A DNA stretch of 64,000 bases from Bacillota bacterium (lineage in GTDB: Bacteria; Bacillota; Bacilli; Paenibacillales; UBA4045). Positions 57,280-64,000 of this stretch are shown here, piece after piece. Made by a program: the position numbers and the translations under genes. Within the stretch, counting starts at the first letter, position 1. Each line of letters begins with the position of its first letter. The DNA lies in NCBI GenBank assembly GCA_023441055.1, contig JAEZQY010000029.1, positions 207,328-271,327 on the forward strand, given 5' to 3'. The notes under the pieces were generated by a model that worked only from the letters and a program-made list of their open reading frames with translations, had not been told where the DNA came from and did not search any database.

Positions 57280-58002
57280 TCATAACTCTTTTCTTTGGAA
57301 GGCCAGCAAGCCCAATATAGTGCCAATGATATAGTAGGCTGTCATAAATAGCAACGTTGAAACCGTCTTACTGACATCCCCTCCGTACAGGAGCGGCTGC
57401 AGCCAATCCGCATAGTTCGTGACGAAGAACCGATTCAGCTGCGGCTCGAGAAATCCGACGACGCCCATCCCCATCCACAGCGCAACGCTTACGACCAGCC
57501 CAACAGCACTGCTCCCCACCCATAGGGATACACTGTTCGCTAATACAAGCAATAAGCCGCTGAATAGGATCGCGCCGCCAAGCTCCGCTATACCTGCGCC
57601 AAGTGAGGACGCTGCGGACACGCCGTTAAGAATGAAGCCTCCAATGAAGGTCGGCACGAACATACACAGAACGATTAAAGCGCCGGCCCCCAACCCAGCA
57701 AACAATTTCCCCATGAATAGAAACTCCCGGCTAATCGGCAGCTTAAGCGCATGCTTGATTGTTCCCTTGAACTCACCAATCATAAGGTCGCTGCCGAGCG
57801 CCGCCATCAGGAGAGGAAGCACGGTAGCGAGCAGCAGCTCGATAGCCGTCAGCGGCAGATTGTCTTTCAATCCTAGACGGTCTCCGATAAAGACGAACAG
57901 AATGCCAATGATGAAGGAAAGAAGCAGCAGAGCCTTCAGCCTGCCTCCGCGGAACAGCTTGTGCAGCTCCTCCGCAGCGACACCATTCATTAGTGCGATC
58001 AT
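57280..58002 (-). CDS. ABC-2-type permease-like membrane protein
   Basis: 6 TM helices. ATGA overlap with the upstream ATPase gene. Confidence 0.65.
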   Translation of the reverse strand: MIALMNGVAAEELHKLFRGGRLKALLLLSFIIGILFVFIGDRLGLKDNLPLTAIELLLATVLPLLMAALGSDLMIGEFKGTIKHALKLPISREFLFMGKLFAGLGAGALIVLCMFVPTFIGGFILNGVSAASSLGAGIAELGGAILFSGLLLVLANSVSLWVGSSAVGLVVSVALWMGMGVVGFLEPQLNRFFVTNYADWLQPLLYGGDVSKTVSTLLFMTAYYIIGTILGLLAFQRKEL

Positions 58003-58724
58003 ACGGCGGTCTCACCCCTTACCTGTGCGAGTTGAAGTAAATAATAGTCCTCCACACCTGCATAAGACTCCCGGATCTGCCCGATGTCCGCCGTATGGAC
58101 ATGCCGCCCCTCATAAACGATGCAAGTGTGTGTGATCCAATCCTCAATGTCATGCACCTGATGCGAAGACACGATGACGCTCATCCCCGTGCCCTCCACT
58201 AAGCCGCGCAGCATCATCGAGATCTCCCGCCTGCCCTCGATGTCCATGCCCGAGAATGGCTCATCAAGCAGCAGCAGCTTGGGCCTGTGGAGCAGCACGC
58301 TGGCCAGCTCGATCCGCTGCTTCATGCCGGTGGAATACTTCTTAATCTTCAGGTTCCCATGCTTAGTCATGCCCACGAGCTCCAGTGATTGCCGGATGCG
58401 CGCTTCGTCGACACCTGGGTACAGCTTATGGTAGCACTTCACATATTCATATCCCGTTAGATAGAGGTACGGGGATGGCTCTCCGATCATCAGGCCCATG
58501 TACGCCTTCGTCAGCTCGGGCCGATCAGCAACTGAAGCGCCGTTCCAACACGCCTCCCCGCGATCTGTCCCAACCCAGCCGGCCATTGCCTGCAGCGCCG
58601 TCGTCTTCCCGGCCCCGTTGGGCCCCAGCAAGGCGACAACCTCACCGGCTTGCACGGTGAGGTTCAGCCCTTGGATGCCGCGACCGCCGGGGTAAACCTT
58701 CGTCAGATCATTTACTTCGAACAT
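57999..58724 (-). CDS. ABC transporter ATP-binding protein
   Basis: Walker A GPNGAGKTT, signature YSTGMKQR, Walker B LLLLDEPFSGMD, H-loop SSH. Confidence 0.9.
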   Translation of the reverse strand: MFEVNDLTKVYPGGRGIQGLNLTVQAGEVVALLGPNGAGKTTALQAMAGWVGTDRGEACWNGASVADRPELTKAYMGLMIGEPSPYLYLTGYEYVKCYHKLYPGVDEARIRQSLELVGMTKHGNLKIKKYSTGMKQRIELASVLLHRPKLLLLDEPFSGMDIEGRREISMMLRGLVEGTGMSVIVSSHQVHDIEDWITHTCIVYEGRHVHTADIGQIRESYAGVEDYYLLQLAQVRGETAV

Positions 58725-58753
58725 AGGTATAGTCCTCCCGAGGTCAGCCCTTG

Positions 58754-59725
58754 TTAGCGGCGATCGTCAAATTTCGCAGCATCGATCATTTCGACGGACT
58801 TGCCAGCGGGATCATACACATCCGGTGTCGTGGCGTTGATGCCGCTAATGTAGCCTGCGCCTTCCAGCTCCACGCGGTGGCTGGTGCCCGCCTTGTCTTT
58901 GCCGCTCACTTCAAGCTTTCCTCTCACGCCCTGCACCTCGTTATTCGCATTGACCGTCATTGACAGCCGCACATGTTCAATGGCAACGTCTTCTGTCAGC
59001 TCCGGCAATTGCTCCTCAAGGTCAAGTGCCTCAAGTCCTTGGAAGAAGGGAAGGTGCGCCAGCTGCTCCCACTCTTTATGCGCTTCCGGCATATGCGCGC
59101 GTCCTATTCTGTCCTCGGCGGATGCCGCATTCATCAGTAAACGCGGTAGAAGTGGAACGTCCTCCTTGCTGATGTTGACCGTAATCGTCTTCAAACCGTC
59201 CGCCTGGTTCGCCACACTGAAGTTATCCTTCAGGTCGCCAACGATGAAATCGAGTAGCGCTTCTTCCGCTTTATTCATCGGACGATCCTTTACCTCCACT
59301 TCATTCGACCAATCCCGATGCTCACCGGTATGCTGATCGTCCAAGTTAATCACCTGATAATGCAGATCATGTGTCCGGTCTACGAGATAAACCTCGTCTT
59401 CGCCGCTGCTGTACAAGCTCGCTTGTCGTTCAACACCCATGATCGTAAAGTCGAAGTCACCGCTAACGTTGTGATCGCCGTCCGCTTCTCCCATCCTCCC
59501 CGTCCCTTCCGCCTTCAACACCGTCTGACCGTCAACCGTCAGGCTGAAGTTTCCATTGAACGTTGCACTCTCAATTGCGTACCCGGAGGCATGGTTGGCA
59601 TTCAGCACCTTCTTGAACGCATCATAGCCATCCGTGTTCGGACTATACGCGAAAGCCGACGCCGTGAATATCGTCATTGCACCTACAGCTGCACAGATCA
59701 TGATGAATTTGTTTTTCTTTTTCAT
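58754..59725 (-). CDS. secreted hypothetical protein, first gene of the ABC/two-component operon
   Basis: Signal peptide ...TIFTASAFA|YS, SD AAAGGAG. No family recognised. Confidence 0.55.
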   Translation of the reverse strand: MKKKNKFIMICAAVGAMTIFTASAFAYSPNTDGYDAFKKVLNANHASGYAIESATFNGNFSLTVDGQTVLKAEGTGRMGEADGDHNVSGDFDFTIMGVERQASLYSSGEDEVYLVDRTHDLHYQVINLDDQHTGEHRDWSNEVEVKDRPMNKAEEALLDFIVGDLKDNFSVANQADGLKTITVNISKEDVPLLPRLLMNAASAEDRIGRAHMPEAHKEWEQLAHLPFFQGLEALDLEEQLPELTEDVAIEHVRLSMTVNANNEVQGVRGKLEVSGKDKAGTSHRVELEGAGYISGINATTPDVYDPAGKSVEMIDAAKFDDRR

Positions 59726-59776
59726 TTTCCCTCGCTCCTTTAAGATTGTATGGTCTCACTCTTGCTTACAACCTTA

Positions 59777-59830
59777 GTCTAAAGGAGGAGTCTAAAGTCC
59801 CTCGAAAGCAATTCGAAAATATTTCTAAAG
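59777..59830 (-). promoter_or_regulatory. direct repeats CTTTAGAC x2 (13-bp period) plus CTTTAGAA upstream of a TACAAT -10: candidate response-regulator binding sites
   Basis: Plus-strand gtctaaag at 59777 and 59790, ttctaaag at 59823. -10 TACAAT lies about 20 nt downstream on the minus strand with no good -35. Confidence 0.4.
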
Positions 59831-59857
59831 TTCGGCTTTCACGATTTCCGTTATTTC

Positions 59858-60778
59858 TTATTTAAGTTCAATATGTCCTAAAGGATTCTTATTCTTACCT
59901 AAACCCGCACAAGCCGCCTCCCAGCTAGAATGATCGAAGCCCAGCTCGCTCCTAAGATAGCTCCAAGTGGTCTGCTGGATCAGCGCGACCCGATCAGGAC
60001 TCTCATCCGTTGTCTCTGCGACACTGTAACCTGATATTCCACCAAGCGAATGTTCGGCTTCATATAGGGTGAGCAGGCTCTTGCTGCCTGGACTCAGGTA
60101 ATAGGGATCTGTAAACCAATCAGGTCCTCTTGTAGACAGTAGAGACTGGTCATGATCCCCTGCTACTACAAGAGTCGGTGTGTTCATCGCAGAGAAGTGT
60201 GCGTTCATGAACGGAAAACGTTCTGCTGCGAATGAGGTCAAATCTGCTCCGCCCGTGCCCGTCGTAGCTAATAGCACCCCCGCCTTTACACGTAAATCTG
60301 ACATATCCTCTCCCGGCTGGCCGTTCGCATCAAGAACTCGTGCACCGAGGAGCATACTTACTGTCTGTCCTCCCCACGAGTGACCTGCTGCAGCGATACG
60401 ATTTCGGTCAAGACGACCCCTGAGTACAGGCGCAGCGGCCTCAATGTGATCGAGCTGATCGAGAATTTGTTTCAAGTCTTCGACTCGGGTACGCCAGATG
60501 TGTGGTGTTCGGGGATCATCAGACGGAAGCCGAAGAGTCCTAGAGTCTAGATGCGTAGGCTGAACAACCACGAAGCCATGAGATGCCCAATAGTCGACCA
60601 GGGGGTCATAAGCATTCATGGACCAGCCAAAGCCGTGCGAAAAAACGATAATAGGTAATTCATCCCCTATTGCGGGTGCAGTTATTCGCACCTGCAATTC
60701 GTCACCACGTTGTGGATTCGCTAGAATAACTGGCTTCACGGAAACGGTTGTCGCAGATTTACTAAAGTTTATTGTCAT
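59858..60778 (-). CDS. alpha/beta hydrolase (chlorophyllase/PAF-acetylhydrolase-like)
   Basis: Nucleophile elbow GHSWGG, ...PIIVFSHGFG..., and late D/H residues. Confidence 0.7.
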   Translation of the reverse strand: MTINFSKSATTVSVKPVILANPQRGDELQVRITAPAIGDELPIIVFSHGFGWSMNAYDPLVDYWASHGFVVVQPTHLDSRTLRLPSDDPRTPHIWRTRVEDLKQILDQLDHIEAAAPVLRGRLDRNRIAAAGHSWGGQTVSMLLGARVLDANGQPGEDMSDLRVKAGVLLATTGTGGADLTSFAAERFPFMNAHFSAMNTPTLVVAGDHDQSLLSTRGPDWFTDPYYLSPGSKSLLTLYEAEHSLGGISGYSVAETTDESPDRVALIQQTTWSYLRSELGFDHSSWEAACAGLGKNKNPLGHIELK

Positions 60779-60805
60779 AGTCGTATTCCTTTCCTTTATA
60801 AACTA

Positions 60806-60862
60806 GGTTGATGTGTCAACCACATGTTTTAATGTAGCACGGTTGTGGTTGATGTGTCAACC
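60806..60862. promoter_or_regulatory. two identical 16-bp palindromic operators GGTTGATGTGTCAACC (likely MarR sites)
   Basis: Perfect copies at 60806-60821 and 60847-60862 in the marR/hydrolase divergent region. Each reads TTGACA on the minus strand. Confidence 0.6.
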
Positions 60863-60863
60863 A

Positions 60864-60872
60864 TGTTATAAT
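60864..60872 (+). promoter_or_regulatory. extended -10 element TGTTATAAT of marR
   Basis: TGnTATAAT ends 6 nt before the ATG at 60879. No SD between them. Confidence 0.5.
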
Positions 60873-60878
60873 AAGCTT

Positions 60879-61322
60879 ATGAAAAGCTATGAGCTAAGTG
60901 AACAAGACATGCAATTGTGGTATATGTGGAAGGGATCCTATCAGAGGATTTTCGAACGCGTCATTAACGAGTTGACCGAACATACGGGGCTATCCGAAGG
61001 TGACTACGGCGTGTTAGATCGACTGGACCTTCTGGGGAATGGCTGCCTTCGTCAACAGGAATTAGCTGACTCTATGAAATGGGATAAGAGTCGGTTGTCC
61101 CATCATCTAACGCGGATGGAAAAGCGCGGACTTGTCGCAAGGAAGCCACTTGATACCGAACGAGGAGTTCAAGTAGTGATCACTTCAACAGGGGAATTAG
61201 CGCTAGGAGAAGCGCGCCCCGTCGTCTCCAGGGCCATACGCAAACATTTCCTCGATCAACTCACTGTTCAAGACAGGGAGTTGATAGCTAAGCTGGCGGG
61301 AAGAGCGAAAGAATCTATCTAA
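60879..61322 (+). CDS. MarR family transcriptional regulator
   Basis: Winged helix ...LRQQELADSMKWDKSRLSHHLTRMEKRGLVARKP.... 147 aa from the ATG at 60879, a typical MarR length. Confidence 0.8.
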   Translation: MKSYELSEQDMQLWYMWKGSYQRIFERVINELTEHTGLSEGDYGVLDRLDLLGNGCLRQQELADSMKWDKSRLSHHLTRMEKRGLVARKPLDTERGVQVVITSTGELALGEARPVVSRAIRKHFLDQLTVQDRELIAKLAGRAKESI

Positions 61323-61332
61323 ATAGAACAAG

Positions 61333-61379
61333 AGCCGCTGTGATGTAGTTATCCTACCTTACAGCGGCTTCTTTGATTA
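61333..61379 (+). terminator. rho-independent terminator of marR
   Basis: agccgctgt-(19 nt)-acagcggct followed by TCTTTGATTA. Confidence 0.65.
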
Positions 61380-61481
61380 TAAAACTTACGTCATTCACAA
61401 CCATCGGGAATCAATTTATCCATACTAAATCTCCTCGGTCTGCACTTTCATCATGGCGATTTTCTGGTTTACATAGGGCTA

Positions 61482-61682
61482 TCAAGTCATAATTCTTTTG
61501 ACCCGCCCTACTTGTCCATCTTCCAACCTAACTTTAATCCCATGTGTATGATGTATTGATTTAGTTAATATATCTTTTACGATGCCACGAGTAGTCTTAC
61601 CCGTTCGTTGATCCTCTTTTAATACGATATCAACTTCTATACCTGGCTTTATATCATTCCTATTTGTTCCATCATTACCCAA
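61482..61682 (-). CDS. YwbE-family small protein (DUF2196)
   Basis: ...IKPGIEVDIVLKEDQRTGKTTRGIVKDILTKSIHHTHGIKVRLEDGQVGRV.... TTG start after an AGAGGGA SD. Confidence 0.75.
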   Translation of the reverse strand: MGNDGTNRNDIKPGIEVDIVLKEDQRTGKTTRGIVKDILTKSIHHTHGIKVRLEDGQVGRVKRIMT

Positions 61683-61708
61683 GGTTATCCCTCTTTTCGT
61701 ACGAATGT

Positions 61709-61754
61709 AAAAAACCTCTACCCATCCACTTATATAAGTTACGATGGTAGAGGT
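61709..61754 (-). terminator. rho-independent terminator after the Nfu_N gene
   Basis: Minus strand: ACCTCTACC-(23 nt)-GGTAGAGGT followed by TTTTTTACATT. Confidence 0.65.
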
Positions 61755-61766
61755 GTCATCTATGAT

Positions 61767-62030
61767 TTATAACTCGTTCAATACTGCTTCAACTTTAGAA
61801 ATGATTTCTTCCCAATCGGCGTCTGGCTCTTTACTTACCGTTACAAAGTCATTCATCCCAAAGATGTTATCCACACCTTCAATTTCTATTAAAGCTTGGG
61901 CTAACGGATGGTCTGTTTGTTCTCCGCGCTTCAAAGATGTACTGCCAGGTCCTGCGAAAATAGATTCACTTGCATTTATTTTCACGGAATTTGGATTCGG
62001 TGTTTGTTGTACAGTAAATTGGATGGACAC
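61767..62030 (-). CDS. NifU N-terminal-like (Nfu_N scaffold) domain protein
   Basis: VSIQFTVQQTPNPNSVKINASE...ALIEIEGVDNIFGMNDFVTVSK.... AAGGAG SD 9 nt before the GTG at 62030. Confidence 0.7.
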   Translation of the reverse strand: MSIQFTVQQTPNPNSVKINASESIFAGPGSTSLKRGEQTDHPLAQALIEIEGVDNIFGMNDFVTVSKEPDADWEEIISKVEAVLNEL

Positions 62031-62190
62031 TATGATCAACTCCTTACAGAGAATTGTACCATTGAAAGAGGGTTTCATACAACAATCAGCAGACAAGATG
62101 GCATTCTATGCATTTATCTGCAACAAAATAGAGGGGCTTGCGCCCCTCCAGTGCATAATTAAAACTCTAAATTGGGAGTCACTACTCTTT

Positions 62191-64000
62191 TTAGTCTATT
62201 AAACCTGTCTGCTTTAAGATGCGCTCAATCAAAACCGCTGCTTCCGCACGAGTCATTTTATCTTGAGGATTCAAGTGCTGCTCGTCGACTCCATGTACAA
62301 TGCCAAGAGAAACCATCAAAGCGACTTCTTCTTGTGCCCACTTGGAAATATCTGCGTGGTCCACATGGTTAGCTAGGATGCTGCTTATCTTCCCTTGACT
62401 TAATACGGGTTGCGTCTCGATGAAGCGATACGCACGAGCAATCATAGCGATGCCTTGTTCTCGAGTAATGCGTTGGTTGCCACGGAATGTTCCATCGCCA
62501 TACCCTAACACGATGCCAAATTGATCCGCAATCATGATAGGATCATGATACCATGTGCCCGTCTGCACATCTTCAAACTTTGTTTGCTCCACATTCTGGT
62601 GCATTAAGCCCAATCCTCGAGCGATAAAGGTAGCAAATTCCGCACGAGTTACTTCCCGATCAGGTTCAAACAAATTATTCCCCGTTCCTTCAATGATCAG
62701 TCTAGCACCCATGTTATTCGCTGCTGCCCCCACCCAATGATTCTCTACATCAGAGAAGCTTCGTGGGTTCCAAATGACTGAGTATGTGCCATGGCTTATA
62801 AGATCATTAATTTTGGCAAAATATTGACCGCTTCTATTGACGACTTCCGTAGGTACATGGAAGATGGTTCCATCTGGATACGTAATGATCCCTGTAGTGA
62901 TTCGGTTGCGATCGATGCCTGCCGGCAGCGCAATATATTTCGTTGCATAGCCATTCAGGTGATCGATCTGAACGGTTTTCCCATTATGGCTAAAGGTTAA
63001 GTCTAGTTGAACAGGGTTCACGAGTATGTCATAGTTTCCACTAGCTGCTGTTTGTTGTGCTTCCAGAACCTGGTTATCGTCAGCAGGTCGAATCGTGATC
63101 TGTGCTTCGATATCCTCTAAGGCTGTGTCGCCAAATTGTCTAGCAAGTTCTTCTAAGTTCAGTTGATTTTGCGGTACAGGGTACAGAGCTAGAGGTGTAC
63201 GGATTTCTAAGGTAGAGCCTGTCTCCCGAAGTTCACGAATATCTTCAGCAGTTAACCCCCCAATTTGCACCTCTCCTTCTGCATCGACTTCAATACCAAG
63301 CTGATGGGCTTGTCCATCACCAAAGATCGTTTGAAGTCGATCTGAGTCAATGGTCACTTGTGTCCCTTCATCGGTCGTTTCACCTGTAGCAAAGGGGGCG
63401 TCTTGACCATTATCGGTAGTAATGATACCGGCTGATTGAGCATCTTCTGCTGATTCAGCACTCGGCGCACCGCTGCCGCCGCCGCCACCGCCTCCACCGC
63501 TACCACCACCGCTGCCTTCACGAGTGATTTCCATGGTATAGGTCTCTAAGAGATCCCCATCATCATTATAAGTCTTCACTTCAATAACGTTCTTACCTAC
63601 CTGAAGTGGCAGCTTTGACCAATCGCTTACATCTACTAGCTGGCCATTGAGGTAGACCTTTAGACTAGTTCCTGCTTCGGATTTCACAGGATTTATGCTA
63701 ATTTCCTCCGTACTATTGGGCACTGTAGCTGTATATATGCCGCCGTTGTTAGAGGTAAAGGCTGGATCAGTCGCAATGGCATTGCCTGTGCTGTCCCTCA
63801 ATTCTAGAACAGCCAGTTCCCCCGGGTCCCCTGTAACTACTTCTTGGACTCCATTTTCCACTAGCTGATAGAAGCTAGCAAGTGGTGTAGCGTCATTCGC
63901 AGCTTCAACATTCCCGACTGCTTCATCATAAGATATAGTTAGCGTCTCACCTGGCTTCACAGCTCGATTCAAAGTCAGGGTAAGGGTTTTGCCATCAGCG
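62191..64000 (-). CDS. S-layer-homology surface protein with cadherin-like/Ig-like modules and Gly linker; 5' end outside the window
   Basis: Three C-terminal SLH repeats (FSDVENHWVGAAANNMG..., FEDVQTGTWYHDP..., ...ADISKWAQEEVALMV...). The frame remains open to base 64000. Confidence 0.8.
   Translation of the reverse strand, partial: ADGKTLTLTLNRAVKPGETLTISYDEAVGNVEAANDATPLASFYQLVENGVQEVVTGDPGELAVLELRDSTGNAIATDPAFTSNNGGIYTATVPNSTEEISINPVKSEAGTSLKVYLNGQLVDVSDWSKLPLQVGKNVIEVKTYNDDGDLLETYTMEITREGSGGGSGGGGGGGGSGAPSAESAEDAQSAGIITTDNGQDAPFATGETTDEGTQVTIDSDRLQTIFGDGQAHQLGIEVDAEGEVQIGGLTAEDIRELRETGSTLEIRTPLALYPVPQNQLNLEELARQFGDTALEDIEAQITIRPADDNQVLEAQQTAASGNYDILVNPVQLDLTFSHNGKTVQIDHLNGYATKYIALPAGIDRNRITTGIITYPDGTIFHVPTEVVNRSGQYFAKINDLISHGTYSVIWNPRSFSDVENHWVGAAANNMGARLIIEGTGNNLFEPDREVTRAEFATFIARGLGLMHQNVEQTKFEDVQTGTWYHDPIMIADQFGIVLGYGDGTFRGNQRITREQGIAMIARAYRFIETQPVLSQGKISSILANHVDHADISKWAQEEVALMVSLGIVHGVDEQHLNPQDKMTRAEAAVLIERILKQTGLID

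Noticed and set aside
57419-58135. 238-aa plus-strand ORF, and similar ORFs at 58174-58695 and 58884-59743, opposite the ABC and secreted-protein genes
   Set aside because: They are antisense to genes with canonical ABC motifs. The products are Ser/Pro/Arg-rich low-complexity sequence.
63469-63516. GCC/ACC-rich simple repeat
   Set aside because: It encodes the Gly/Ser linker (GSGGGSGGGGGGGGSG) inside the SLH surface protein. This is a coding low-complexity linker, not a separate repeat element.

Overview
This 64-kb chromosomal window looks Paenibacillus-like. That is an inference from SLH-anchored and copper-amine-oxidase-stalk surface proteins, AraC/YesN-type sugar regulators, PL11 and GH35 enzymes, and roughly 50% GC judged by eye. 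I support about 65 protein genes. No rRNA, tRNA, CRISPR array or recognisable transposase/integrase was found. Content is mostly accessory: small regulator-plus-effector pairs (TetR-MMPL, YozG-DUF2975, MarR-hydrolase, YafY-hydrolase, BlaI-BlaR1-like), two ABC-2 transporter modules, polysaccharide enzymes, surface proteins, one PIN/AbrB toxin-antitoxin pair and several gene relics. Three things stand out. (1) An AT-rich island of about 7 kb (29146-36110) sits between a 5'-truncated AraC-type regulator and a sugar-binding-protein gene whose two halves face each other. It encodes only envelope and regulatory proteins: an ECF sigma/anti-sigma pair, an M23 peptidase with an unassigned C-terminal half, a 530-aa orphan membrane-anchored protein, a stalk-domain protein, a small secreted protein and a DUF5658 protein. 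I propose it as a horizontally acquired, ECF-controlled envelope or antagonism module. (2) A LytTR DNA-binding domain is fused to a degenerate ABC ATPase domain directly upstream of a canonical ABC-2 transporter. (3) A five-gene operon (secreted orphan, ABC-2 transporter, histidine kinase, response regulator) has direct-repeat candidate operators. Other observations include repeat families, truncation scars, a likely leaderless marR with twin operators, and a terminator nested in the blaI promoter. All family assignments come from reading the translations and motifs. No database search was run.
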